A model generated the notes under the pieces. The model made no database searches. It saw only the letters and a list, made by a program, of their open reading frames with translations, and had not been told where the DNA came from. The translations under genes were made by a program, and so were the position numbers. This document shows positions 49,678 through 64,000 of a DNA stretch of 64,000 nucleotides, one piece after another. Source of the stretch: the human T2T-CHM13v2.0 reference genome, Homo sapiens; the NCBI RefSeq assembly GCF_009914755.1, contig NC_060932.1; one strand, 5' to 3'. Position 1 is the stretch's first letter; the number at the start of each line of letters is the position of its first letter.

Positions 49678-50508
49678 CCTCATTTCTTTTTCTTGCTGAA
49701 TATTATTCTGTTGTATTTTTCTTGCTGAATAATATTCTGTCATATAGATCTATACCTCATTTTGTTATACATTTATCTATTGATGGACATTTGGGTGGTT
49801 TCCACCCTTTACATATTGTATATAATGCTGCTATGCACATTGGGGCACAAATATCTGTTCAAGTTCCTGCTTTCCATTTTTTTATGTATACACCCAGAAG
49901 TAGAATTGCTAAATCAAATGCAAATTCTATGTTTCATTATTTGCAGAATCACCACACCATTGTCCACGGCAGCTACACCATTTTATATTCCCACCAGAAA
50001 TGCAGAAAGGTTCCAGTTTTTCTACATTCTCACCTACACTTACTTTTCATTTATAAAAATAATGGTCATCCTAATGGTTGTAAAGTGGTATCTCATTATG
50101 GTTTTGATCTAAATTTTCCTAAATGGCATTTTTTCATGAGGAGCTCATTGACCATTTACATATCTTCTTTGAAGAAATATCTACTTAGATCCTATTTTTA
50201 AATTTGATTATTGTCTTTCTACTATTGAGTTGTATAAGATCTTTATATATTCTAAATACATAGTCCCTTATCAGATGTATGATTGGCAAATATTTTCTCC
50301 CATTCTGTGGTTTTGCTTTTCATTTTTGTTACATATTTTGAATCACAAAATTGTTTAGTTTTGATGATGTTCAATGATATATTTTTTATTTTGTCACTTG
50401 TGCTTTTGTGCAATATCTAAGAAGGTTTTGATCAATCTAAGGTCACCAAGATTTACTCCAAAACTTTCTTCTAAAAATTCTGTATTTGGCTCTTACAAAA
50501 TCGGTGAT

Positions 50509-50811
50509 CTTTTTTTTTTTTTTTCCTTTGGGACAGGGTCTCACTCCATCACCCAGGCTGCAGTGCAGTGGTACAGTCATGGCTCACTACAGCCTTGACC
50601 TCCTGGGTTCAGGAGATCCTCCTGCCTCAGCCTCCAAAGTAACTGGGACCACAGGTGCCCACAACTATGCCCAGCTAATTCCTGCATTTTTTGTAAAGAT
50701 AGGGTTTTATCATATTTCTCAGTCTGGTCTCGAGCTCCTAGGCTTAAGTGAGCCACCTGCCTCAATCTCCGAAAGTGCTGGGATTACAGGCATGAGCCGA
50801 TGTGCCCAGCC
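50509..50811 (-). mobile_element. Alu (AluJ-like)
   Basis: Diverged antisense dimer with CTCACTACAGCCTTGACC. Confidence 0.92.
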
Positions 50812-51255
50812 TCTATGATCTATTCTGAGCTATTTTTGTTTATGGTAGAAGAAGAGGATCCAACTTTACTCTTTTCATTGTGGCTATCCAGTTGTCCCAA
50901 AATTCATTTATTCAAAAACTATTCTTGTCAAAAAACAATTGACTTTAAATATCTGGATTTATTTCTGGGTGTCAATTGTATTCTATTAATCTATATGTGT
51001 AACCTTATGCAAGTACCACACTGTCTTGATTACTATAGTTTTGTAGTAAGTTTGACACTGGGAACAATAAGTCCTCCAACTTTGTTATTCTTTTTCAATA
51101 TTATTTTGTTTAATCTGGATTTCTGCATTTCCATGTGGGTCAGGATCAATATGTTAATTTCTGCAAGGAAACTAGCTGGGATTTTAACTGTGAGCCTTTT
51201 GAATCTATAGATAAATTTTGGAAATATCTTAATTATATTAAATCTTCTGATTTAT

Positions 51256-51425
51256 TGATATGGTTTGGCTCTGTGTCCCCACCCAAATCTCATCTTGAAT
51301 TGTAATCCCCGTGAGTCAAGGGAGGAACCTGGTGAGAGGTGATTGATTATGGGGATGGTTTCCCCCACGTTGCTCTTGTGAGAGTGAGTTCTCACAAGTT
51401 CTGATGGTTTAAAGTGTGGCACTTC

Positions 51426-51480
<55 letters not shown>

Positions 51481-51646
51481 CTACCACCATGTGAAGAAGG
51501 TCCTTGCTTTCCTTTTGTCTTCTGCCATGATTGTTAGTTTCCTGAGACCTCCCCAGCCATGCAGAACTGTGAGTCAATTAAACCGTTTTTCTTCATAAAA
51601 TAGTCTCAGGCAGTTCTTTATAGCAGTGTGAAAATTGATTAATACA
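51256..51646 (+). mobile_element. THE1/MST MaLR solo LTR with internal (CT)n at about 51429-51472
   Basis: TGATATGGTTTGGCTCTGTGTCCCCACCCAAATCTCATCTTGAATTGT...AATACA. Confidence 0.92.
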
Positions 51647-53058
51647 CGATGAACATATGATGTCTTCATATCTACTTAGATCCTCTTTAATTTCTTGAAA
51701 CAGTGTTTTATAGTTTCCACATCATAGGTTTTGTACTACTTTTGTTAATTTGATTACTAAGTATTTTATTTTTATTGCTATTGTAAATAAAATTGTTTTT
51801 TAGCTTTATTTTTAGATGGTTCATTTGTAGTATATACAGGTATAATTGATTTTTGTATATTGGTCTTATATCATGCAACCTCACTGAATGTGTTTATTAG
51901 TTCTAACAGTTTTTTGATTGCCTCTTATTTCATTTTCTTGCCTAATTATTGTGGCAGAACCATCAGTACCTTCTTAAATAGAAGTAGTGACAGCTTGTAT
52001 TTTTACTTTGTTCCTGACCATAGGGGGAAGGCATTCAATCTTTCACCATTAGTTATGATGTTGGCTGTGAATTTTTCATAGATGCTCTTTATTTGATTGT
52101 GGAAGTTCTGTTCTATTCCTATATTGTCAAGGTTTTTTCTCATGAATGGCTTTGATGTTTGTCATTTTTTTTGCTTTGTTGAGATAATTATGTGGTTTTT
52201 ATATTTTATTCTATTAATATGGTATATTGGATTAATTGATATCCAAATGTTAAACTCACCTTGTATTTCTGAGAGAAATCTCACTTGGTCATAGAATAGA
52301 ATCTTTTTTATACATTGTTGGGTTTGATTTGCTAGCATTTTGTTGAGGAATTTTGAATCTATATTCAATACAAATTTTGGTCTTTAGGTTCCTTTTCTTG
52401 TATGTCTTTGTCTGCTTTTGCCATCATATGAAAACTCACCCCATAGAATGAATTGGAAATTCCCTCTTCTTTTATTTTTTGGAACGGTTTGTGAAGGGTT
52501 AGTGTTAATTCTTCTTTAAGCATCTAAAAGAATTTTACTTGTGAAGCAATCAGGGCCTAACTTAACATTTTTTATTATTAATCAACCTCTTTACAAGTTA
52601 TAAGTTTTTCAGGTTTTCTACTTCTTCCTAAGACAGTTTTGGTAGTTTCATCTTTCTACCAATTTGTTCATTTAATCCACATTGTCAAATTTATTGATTT
52701 ATATACATCTAATCGTATGAGTATACATCTGATCATATAAGTATACATGTTGTATACTTATGTGTACATATGATATGCATAAGTATTGCTTTATATTTCT
52801 TTTATTTTTTCAGACCAGTAGTACTAATCTGTCTTTCATTTTTTATTTTGGTAACATGAGTGTTCTTTCTTTTTTGCAGCTAAACTTGCTACAATGTTTA
52901 TCTATTTTGTTGATCTTTTCAAAAAGAACAACTTTCTTAATGGATTTTTTTCTAATTTTTTCTATTCTACAATTGATTTATTTTCATTCTAATTTTTATT
53001 ATTTCCTCCTTTCTTTTAGATTTGGGTTAACTTGCCTTCCTTTGTTCAGTATCACCTA

Positions 53059-53487
<429 letters not shown>

Positions 53488-56400
53488 TTAATGTGTTATG
53501 TTTTTATTTTCATTAATTTAAAATACTTTATAATTTCCCTGTGTTTTCTGTTTTCTTTTTTGTATGTTTTTGACCCATTGTTAAGAAATGTGTTGTTTTT
53601 ACTTTCACATATTTGTGAATTTTCCTAATTTTCTCTTTTATTGTATTCTTATTTAATTCCATTGAAGTTGGAAAGCATACTTTGTATGACAAATTCTTAT
53701 AGTATTTTAAGACTTGCTCCATTGTCTAATACATGGTCTATCCTGGAGACTATTCAATGTATACTTGGGAAGATCATGTATTATTCTGTTGTTAGATGGA
53801 ATGTTATATGGATGTCTGTTAAGTATAGTTGGTTTATAGGGTCGGTTAAGTATAGGTTGGTGTGTGTGTGTGTGATTTTTATTTCTTCCTGTGGATTTGA
53901 ATTACTGCCTAATGTGCTTGTATTTCAAACTCAAGGAATCCCGTTAGTATTTATTGTAGGGTTTGTCATATGTGAACAAGATCTAAGTTCTTGTTAATCT
54001 TAAAAATGTCTTAATTTATCATTTATTTTTGGAGGATAGTTTTGCTAACTATTAAATTCTTTGTTGGCAGTTGTTTCTCATTCAGCGCTTTAAATATTTC
54101 ATCCTACTTCTTTCTGGCCTCTATTGTTTCAGATTAGAAATAGCTTTCAATTTGATTGGTCATCCTTTCTACACAATGAGTCACTTCTGTCTTGCTGACG
54201 TGAAGACCCTCTGTCTTTGAGTCTTACATTTTTGATTATGACAGGTCTCCATGTGTCAATCTCTTTAAATTTATCCTACTAGGAGTTTATTAAGCTTTTT
54301 AGTTGTGTAGATTAATGTTTTTCAACCACTTTGAGAAGTTATTGGCCATTATTTCTCAAATATTCACTCTACTCCTTTCTTTACTCTTCTCCTGGATCTT
54401 TCATTAAATCCTTTGGTACACTTGATAATGTCCCAGCGGTCCCTTAGGCTGTCTTCATTTTTCTTAATTCCTTTTTTCTTCTGTCCCTCAAACTGTATAA
54501 TCTTCATTCACCTATCTTTGAGTATGCTGATTCTTTTTTTTTTTTTTTGCATGCTCAAGTCTGATCTTTAGTTCCTCTTGTAAAGTTTTTATTTTAGTTC
54601 TTGTACTTTGAACTCCAAGATTTCTACTTAAAAAAATTTGTAACTATTTAATGACATTCTCTATTTTGTGAGACATCATTCTCATATTCCTTTTGGTTAT
54701 TTATATATAGGTTTTTAAAGCTCTTCAAATATATTTAAATTAGCTGATTTTAAAAGTCTTTGACTAGTAAGTACAATATCTGAGCTTCTCTCAAGGATGG
54801 TGTCTATTGAGAGCCTTTTTCCTATGTATTTTTATCTTGCTTGTTTCTTTCCAAGTCTTATAACTTTTTGTTGAAAATTAGACATTACACAGGTTATAGT
54901 GTGTTATTTATGGAAATCAGATTCTCCAGTAGACTTTCCCAAAGTCTATCTCTCTGTCATTTGTGGCCATTGAATTTTCTACTCAACTTAGTGGTAAGCT
55001 TATAATTGGACAATGATTTTTGTTAAACACCTGGAACCAAGAAGTTTCTCAGTCTCTGTCAAAGGATTCTGTGTTTGTGTTGGGGCATGCCTTCAATAGT
55101 CAGCTGTAAAGTTGACAACTGTGTTTAGCCTTCATTTTCTGCTTGTATGAAACCTCAAGGTCAGTTAGAGATGAGAGCTTTGGAACTTCTCAGGCCTTTC
55201 TGCTTATGCATACAGCTTTACACAGTTCTGGGCATCTTCATTGTCATTTAGATTTCCAGTAATATTCCAGAGTTTTTCAAAGTCCCTTATAAGTAAGAAG
55301 ACATTTTATTCTTCAGTTTTCCTTTTATGCTTTCATTTGGTCTTCAATTTGCCCTGCTATCTGTTGCCTCAGGCACATGTGACGTTAATATATTTGATAA
55401 CACTCCCTGGGGATAGGCTTGTAGCACTAGATACATGCAAATGAGGCTGAAAAAGAAAAGCCATTCAAGTAGGGTTATGCAGGGAACCACCAGACAAGTC
55501 AAAATAATGACTCTTCTTTGGAAATAAGGCTTTTGAAGAACTGTATTTCTGCTGTACTCCCTCTAGTGCCAAGAATATGGAGTATTATGTTTTGAAAGCT
55601 ATCGATGAGCTGTGGAGCTGGAGATGAAACTAGTGTAAATTAAAATAACACAAATCTTATATCTCTTACTGCTATCTATTTATTTCTCTCGACTAAATGT
55701 TTTCAAGGCTCCTGTTGGTTAGTTTCCAGAGTTCTGAAAAAAAAATAATTCTCACAAGTTTTGCCAGTTTATTCTATTTTTATGGAGGGGCGGCCTATCT
55801 CGTGTCCTTCCTCTACCTTTTATTTTATTTTTTTTCTGGTATCTTGTCTTCATTTTTTAAAGATAGTTTTCCTGGGTATAAAATTCTTGGTTGGCAGTTT
55901 ATTTCAGCACTTTTCAATGACATCTTATTGCCTTCTAACCTCCATTTTTTCTGATAAGAAGTCAGCTGTTTCACATGTAAACCACATTTTTCTCGTGCTG
56001 GTTTCAAGATTTTTTGTGATGTAGGGCACAATTTAGTCCACAACAGTCACATTTTGAGGTTCTGGGTAGACACATATTAATATTTGGGGAGACAGTCTCC
56101 AATTTATTAACCCCTCTAGTGAATAATTAACATCAGTTAATGTACTTTTCAACTATAAAGCTTCTATTTTGTTCTTCTTAAAATTTGTATTTGTTTATGG
56201 ATAATGTTTCTTTAGGGAGATATTGTCATCATGCTTTTATTTCTTTAATCAGGATTTCCTTCATTTCTTTCAACATATTTAGAATATTGGCTCTTAATAT
56301 TTTTTCTGCTAACTCTGACATGGACTCTTGCACAGAAAGTTTCTTTTGCCTGCTTTCCCCACCCTGTGTATAGCTCATGCTTTCCTGTTAATTTTCATGT

Positions 56401-57651
56401 CTCATGCTTTCCTGTTACTTTGCATGTCTCATATTTTGTGTTGAAAATGGATATTGTAGATAATTATAGCAGCTCTGAAAACCAAGGCTTGTTGTTGTCA
56501 CTGGTTGTTTAGTTAGTTGGCTAGTGACTTGGCTGAACTGTTTTATAAAATAAATTTCCCCTAAGTTTGAAGCTTTTGATGTTGCTCATTGGAGAGTGCA
56601 GCCTTGGACTACAGTGGTTAACAACCATTGGGCTTATAGTGGTTTTAGCAGGGCTCATTTAATGGTCTCTTTCCCTGATCTCTATGGTAAGCTCTCCGCT
56701 TCTGTTAGTATCACACCCAGTTCCTAGACTACACTAGCAGGCTGCCTATTATTGTTTTTTATTATGCCTGAGTTATCTATTGCTCCACAGTATTACGCAA
56801 TTAAATTTGGGCCCCTTTGTAAGAGTGGTTTCTAAGACCAGTCTTTGCAGTTTGTTCTGTCCCTAAGAGAACGGTTATTAACTGTACTTTTTCTGGTTCA
56901 CTATGGTAAATTCTGACTTATGGTTTATCTTGTTCTCATGGAGTTACTAGCCTCTAATTAATTGTTTACCACCAAAATCACTGTTGTCAAAAAGCACCCT
57001 TGGGCTTGAAATTCTTGATACTCTGTTCCAAGTAAAATCAATTCCTTTGGGCGGAGCTTCAGAGCTCTTTGTTCTTATGGCCTGCCTCTCCTCCTGGGCA
57101 AAATCTCTGAGCCATTGCTCCCGAGCTTGCAGGATGGTGGGTGGTGTTGGAAAAGAAGACCTCCTCTGTTGAAGTGACACACCTGTTTTATGAGTAGGAC
57201 ACTAGCACTGGTGGTAGCCTCTGGCTTTCTTTGTTTGCTTCTCCCACTGTGAAACCTCTGCCTTGGGGGTGAGCTGGAGTCAGGGAGATTAATGCTTCAT
57301 TGTTTTCATCCTGTGATACCTAAACAGAGCCTCACCTATAAATGAGAGCTGTGAAGAGTAAGACAGTCTCTATCCTCTAGGCTACACTCACCTGAAACTT
57401 AGTTTCTGCAACACAGAGTGGGAAGGGGATGAGAAATACTGAGGCTGTGTCCCTCACAGGGACATAGCACAGCATTTGACTGGGAGCTGGAGGGAGGGGG
57501 AGCCCTGCATTCTTGAGCACACCTGTCCAGAATGAAGCTTTTATCACACCCAACTGGGTTTGGAGGAAAGGAAGCAGTCTGTGGTTCAAGTGCCAAAGAT
57601 TCTTTCTGCCCTTACTAAGATTTAGTATATTTTATTGAATACAAGTTTTCT

Positions 57652-58007
57652 TTGTTTTGTTTTGTTTTTTGTTTGTTTGTTGTTTGTTTTTTGTTTTTTT
57701 TGTTTTTGTTTTTGTTGTTGTTGTTGAGAAGGAGTCTTGCTCTGTTCCACAGGCTGGAGTGGAATGGCTTGATCTTGGCTCATTGCAAGCTCCACCTCCC
57801 GGGTTAAAGTGATTCTCCTGCCTCAGCCTCTTGAGTAGCTGGGATTACAGGCGCTTGCCACCACACGCAGCTAATTTTTGTATTTTTAGTACGGATGGGG
57901 TTTCACCAGGTTGGCCAGGCTGCTCTTGAACTCCTGACCTCAGGTGAGCTACCCGCCTCAGCCTCCCAAAGTGCTGGGATTACAGGCGTGAGCCACTGCA
58001 CCCAGCC
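57652..58007 (-). mobile_element. Alu with long GTTT/GTT-patterned tail
   Basis: TSD ACAAGTTTTCT. Confidence 0.95.
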
Positions 58008-59774
58008 ACAAGTTTTCTTCATTTGCTATATGTTCACAGAACAATTTCTAGAGATTTTCAATGTGTGTTTGTTTATGTTTTGATAATTTCACTAGTTAGG
58101 GCTGTTTCACTGAGGAGCCAGTTTATGAAGCTTCTGCTGCTGCTATTCCACACCCAAAACTAAAGGCTCTGTCTTAACATTATCTTCTGTGAATCTTTGT
58201 ACTTCCCCTTGAAAGTCTAAGACAATTTCAAGGATGGCAAAAAAAAAAAAAAAAAAAAAAAACTGTTCGTATGTAATTTCCTGAAATCCCTGTTATCTAC
58301 ATCCTGAAATCCCTATTTCTACAGGGTAATTCAACTGAATGCCTGAATCTGAAGATTTTTTTTTTTTAAAATGTCTTCAAGACTTTATTTTGGGACTGGA
58401 AATTTAAACATGGACTCCTTACATTCAGTAAAAATGTGAATCTTTTTTGAAGCAATGGATGAGTCTGACTAAATAGGAAGAAAGTCCCATTAGAGGAAGG
58501 GCCCATATAAAAGAACAAGATAATATACTAAAAAGTATAATCTCACTATACATGTCATCCTATTGTATGTAAATTTAGTATAGTTTCATGCAGTATATAT
58601 AGGCCTTTAAACACAGTGTACAAACCAAACTTTCTGAAAAGAAATTACACATACAAGCACACACATGCATATGCTTCTGTCATTCTGCAAACAAAAATGT
58701 TTTATAAAGATAAATAATCATCCCTTTTTAGCTGACTTTTATGACTTTACTATAAATATTTTAAAACAGGAAGTTGCTCTAGTATAAATGCTAAAATATT
58801 TCTGTATAAAAAGGAGGATTCTGCCTTTATGTTTGTAGACATGCCAAATTTTACCCACTTCTATGACATGTATTTTATGATATCTAGGGATAAGTTAATG
58901 AGACTTTCAATTTTCAATCTAGTTTCTTAGCTTCAATGTAGTCATCATACTCTCCAGAATCTTTCATTACTCTTAAAATAGAATAATTTCTTTTTCCTAC
59001 CCTATACTGATCCCCAATCACCAGTATTACCAAGTCTATTCCACTCCAGCTGGAACTCTATTAATCTGGTACTGAGATTCTAAAGCAACAAGCAGCAAAT
59101 GATCAACTGTTACTGACTTCAATTTGCCAGATGATGGCAGCAGAGTACCATGAAATGCTCACAGGTCAATGGCTTGGTGTGTCAATTTGAATCTGGAGAT
59201 CCTGGTTCTAACTAAAATGTGCCAAAAGAGAACATTATTTTAGAAAGAGGCTGCTTGACCACATAGTTTTAAATGTCATGATAACATATGGGCATTCTCT
59301 TAGAGAATTAACTTTCAAAAAGGGCTTAGGAACTTATCAATAAATGACAACATAGAAACCTTACACTGACTGAATTAGTACAATTATCAGGTTGAATATT
59401 TTATGGGATTAGAGCCAGTTAAGAATATCCTCAGTCCACTCCCTTCAAACAGTTATCTCTTTAATGAATTCATTAAATTTCCTTGGTCCCACTACTTTCT
59501 CCCTGCTACTATACTCAATGAGAACCCAGAAGACTTGAGTTGTGATCACAGCTATTCCACTGATTACTGTGGTTGGCGAAAAACATGTTAGCTTTTGGGT
59601 TCTCAGTGTAATCATCTCCAAAGAGGGGAATTCTCAGTGTCTATGGCCCTTTTCAACTCTGGTGCTCTATAATTCTGAATCCCTCTTTTTTTGATTACTT
59701 CCATTTTTCCAAACTAGAACCACACTAGAGGTTCTCCAATTAAATTCATAATCAAATATTTTACAGAGGAAACA

Positions 59775-60010
59775 TAGAGTGCTGGTTAAGAACATGAATT
59801 CTGGATTGGCCATTTACTAACTGTGTGACTTTAGGCAAATTATTGAAATTTTCAAGGTGCTTCAGAGTTTTTTGAAATGTTGACAATAACATTGCATATC
59901 TCAGAAGGTTAAATGAGAATATCAGTACATAAAGAATATATAAATTGGTTATATTAATATAAAAAGCATTAAGCCTAGTGGCTGGCCAATAGTAAGTTCT
60001 GCATATATGA
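59775..60010. mobile_element. MIR
   Basis: CCATTTACTAACTGTGTGACTTTAGGCAAATT...TTAAATGAGA core. Confidence 0.75.
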
Positions 60011-60076
60011 TAATTATTATGCCACCCATGGGAGCACAAACTCAAAAGGAATCTTTTTATTTTTTTTGATCAATGA

Positions 60077-60440
<364 letters not shown>

Positions 60441-62052
60441 CATCCCCTGATGATTTTTGGGTTCACAGCATAAACACCAGTAGGGCTAAGCCTTCAGAGT
60501 AGGAGGAATAATTGTCTTTCTGACCTTCTTCTTAATGGAATTAGATAAGTTTTTGGGCATGAAGTTTCTCAGCCTCAACTCTACAGTTCACTACCTGCTA
60601 TTTCTTCATTGCAGTTTCTAACACCTAGGATTTAAGAATAGTAGTATTCAACCAGGGCAAGGAGGGGTGCATAAGAATCTTTACATGTGATAGAGTAGAG
60701 GGAATGGGCAATATGAAAATAGCCCTTAGGAAAGTTGTGCCCAAATTCCCCTAATCCCCATCCCTTGAGAACTGTTTTAGAGTCTGCATTAAAATGCTAA
60801 TATTCTGCAATACAGTCAAATCTAATGGAAAGCAGAATTCTGAAAAGGAAATTGGAAAGAGGGTGCAAAAACAGTTAGGGACAGGAAAAAAAATGACAAG
60901 AAATGAGTTGAGTAGGTGGTCCAAATATGGATTTATTTTACTTTACAGTTTTCTTTAGGTTTGGCCCTGGGTCACTTTTTTTTTTTTTTATAAACATTCC
61001 AGACTATTAATTGACCTTTTTAAGGAGGAATGACCCCAGCCAACGTTTCCTAGGGAGGAGAACTCTAAACACATAAGGTAGAGATTTACCTACCCTAATG
61101 AATCTACCAGCTCATCTTCCCAGCTTAGCTTATTTAACAGCAATGAAGAACAGTCAGAAGTCCCATGGTCTTAGGTTAGGTAGGAGAAAGAATAGGAGAT
61201 GGTTTCTGCATACTTTCTTCTCTAAGAGTTCAGGACCACATGTCCACCAAATTTCAATAAAAAGAAAAGCAACTTGGTAACAAGTCTGTAAAGACCCTAC
61301 ACAGATATATTGCACTCCTATATTTGTGTCACTTGCAATTATTCTTCTAATGGTACAGTTGAGTGTGGCTTTCCATGATTTCCAATCGTTAGCATTAATT
61401 CTGCCCCAGTTGAGGCCTTCTTTCTCATCCTAGTGACTACAATAGCTTTCTACTTGGTCTCCCTGGCTCTGGTCTCCTTTCATGCCAATCCATGATGTTT
61501 TTCTTAGCTATAACAATTTTTATGGCATTCTGATCATGAATGGATACGTAAATAAATAAGGAATAGATAGGCGACTGTTACCCCACTTCTGCAAGACTAA
61601 GGCATGAGCTTGCTCTGTTGCCCTGTTGCTTTTTCGGCTTCTAAAACTAGTGGTTTTTATCTAGAATATGTAATATCACTTTTTAGGAATGTCACAATGA
61701 GTGGTAAAGTACTATATTTTATAAATAATTGCAACAATTTAGCTATTTAGTAAATTGGAGAAGATTCGGGATAATCTGAATAATATAGGCATTATTTTCA
61801 CTCATTTGAACAATGATAAAACTTCTTGAGGGAGATATAAATAAGTGGAATTATTGCTATCCATATGGAAATCACATATGAGGCATTTCTTAAAATGAAG
61901 TCCTATCACGTATTCCAGAAAAGGAAAGATTTGCTTGTTGCTTTCAAGGGAATTGCTTTTTGAAAGAGAAAGGTAACCAAAATGTTGGCCATGTATTTAG
62001 AAGGACTTTCATTTTTTCTAGTCATTTACAGGTCTCAGATCCCATGGTTTTC

Positions 62053-62086
62053 TTTGTTTGTTTGTTTGTTTGTTTGTTTGTTTTTT
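62053..62086. repeat. (TTTG)n microsatellite
   Basis: Read directly from the sequence. Confidence 0.9.
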
Positions 62087-62233
62087 GGTATCCAGTGCTT
62101 TATCTAGAAATCTGTAAGGTATCCATAGGGAACTCATGGTAAGTCATGACAAGACATTAACAGTCTAGCTAAAGTGTTAGGAAAAATCCATTTCAACTTT
62201 CCTCGCCTAAAATAGATTTAAAATAGTTAGCTA

Positions 62234-62249
62234 TAGGTAGGTAGGTAGG

Positions 62250-62280
<31 letters not shown>
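62234..62280. repeat. Compound (TAGG)n(TAGA)n microsatellite
   Basis: Read directly from the sequence. Confidence 0.9.
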
Positions 62281-64000
62281 AAAAATATAAATAAAATGAT
62301 CAAACAGAATGAGATCAGAGAAACTTCATTGCTTATCTACTGCCTTGAGGAAGGGACTTTGTCTTATTTTTTTCTTAAATTTTTTCCTCAAATATTTGAA
62401 GCAATATTGAAACTGGGGATAAACTGTTGCAACTTCTTTGTCTGCCTTATCTTGCAACCTGGTAAATAAACAATTTTCAATTTCCTTTTTGAATGCCATT
62501 AGAATTATAGAATTTAGACCTGGAAGGAATCAGAAGACATAACTTGGGCCAGTTTGTCCTTGACCTTCAGGTGGTCAACACCAATCAGAAACATCAGCAA
62601 TCCCCATACAAGCTGTTCTGTCCACCCCACACACATGCACCTTCTTCCATAATTATGAAAGCTTTCAAAATTATAAAAGTCATTAATGTGTTTTCAGATG
62701 AGGTTTTAAGAATGATTCAAGGAAAAATTCAAAGCTTTAGCAAAGATTTTGAGAGTTTCACAGAAAGCACTCACCCCTCCCACTTATCCTTCCCCCAACC
62801 CTCATTTTTTTAACAGCTGACACATGTTATTGGCTGGAGAGTTAGGCTTTGAGAAAAGGAGAGACGTCCTAAAAGTTCTATAATTCCTAGGCTAGTTCGG
62901 GCATGTTGTCTTAGACATTCCATAACCCAGTTTCCATCACAACCAGCCAGCCTTTAGAGACTGACAGTTGGTAACACAGCTAGTCCTTGCTCAGATTTTA
63001 CTTCGGGTGTTCCCTTCCCGAGCCATTCCCCCCAGGGCAAAATGTAACCTTGAAATAAGGAAGCATCAGTCAAGTGAAGGCTTCTGAGGATTACAGGTAG
63101 GGTAAACTTAATTCCAAACCCATCTCTTAGCACACCTGGCTGATGCAATCACTGCCAATTTAAGTTGAGAAATCACATATCCAAAGGATGTCCTTCTTCT
63201 TCCAGAAGTGTGTTTTGACTTAGTTGATGTTTTTATGGATTAGAATGGTTCAGAAAATAATTACATCAAAAGAAAGAGGGATACCAAGACATTTTCATGG
63301 CTTTTTCTGTCTGCCACTGATCAAAATGAGGTGATAAGTGGGATTAAGGGCTTGTCCCACGTGAACTCCCCACTGTGGCTAGTCCAAGCACAGAAATAAT
63401 GCTTATGTTGAGACAGTAGGAAAAGGTCATGTCTCCTTTCTCCACTTGGGTGGGCAGGGGAAGAGGAGTATCAGTGATGACTGCCCCTTGATGTAGTCCA
63501 CCTCCTTAGGAACTTCTGCTCAGACAATCTCTCCATCTCTGATCACCAAGCAATCAGGTTCTGGCAAGCGGATCACACAGGCTCTTTGAAAATTGAAGAG
63601 AAGCATTTAATTTGCAAAGCATTGTTTAGAATATGTTTTTTAAAAATCACAACAGCAAGTGCAAATTCTTATTGTGTGACAATGCCTACCTAGCCCAGAG
63701 GGTTGGAAATGATTCTTGGGTTGAATCTGGGTTCCAGGATAAGAACTGCATGATTGTATATCAACATATGGGTTCAGGAAGAAGTAATGGCTCACCTGTC
63801 ACATTTTTCCCTATTAAAGTGGCTTCATGGTGCTCATTGAATCTATTAATTTCAGCATTCTTGCATGTATCCTTATAATCACCCTTCAAAGTCATGGTAG
63901 TATCCCCATACTGAAGGAGAGAAAATGATTTCTTTTTGTGTTATTTCCAGATTTGGAAATACACAAAAGTTTTGATATGCATTTACTGTAAGATCGAGAT

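Noticed and set aside
58239-58262. Lone A24 tract as a retrocopy tail
   Set aside because: No upstream polyadenylation signal, no TSD and no recognisable body

Overview
Primate, very likely human, genomic DNA lying entirely inside one gene: KCNU1 (Slo3, the sperm pH/Ca2+-gated K+ channel of the BK/Slo family) on the + strand. I can place 16 internal coding exons between 4082 and 45951 (exons 3-18 by recalled numbering). All have GT-AG boundaries and compatible phases, and together give 1576 nt of open frame covering S1-S6, the TVGFGD pore, RCK1 and the start of the RCK1-RCK2 linker. Start and stop codons lie outside the window. The rest is intron filled with about 20 Alus, old and young L1 pieces, MIR/L2, a two-LTR MLT1 MaLR provirus, THE1- and MER67-type LTRs and small DNA transposons. 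Almost all ORFs in the supplied track are repeat-derived or chance. I see no convincing new biological system. The findings are splice-site oddities and mutational or retrotransposition footprints read from the sequence. Repeat subfamily names and repeat boundaries come from recalled consensus sequences and are approximate.
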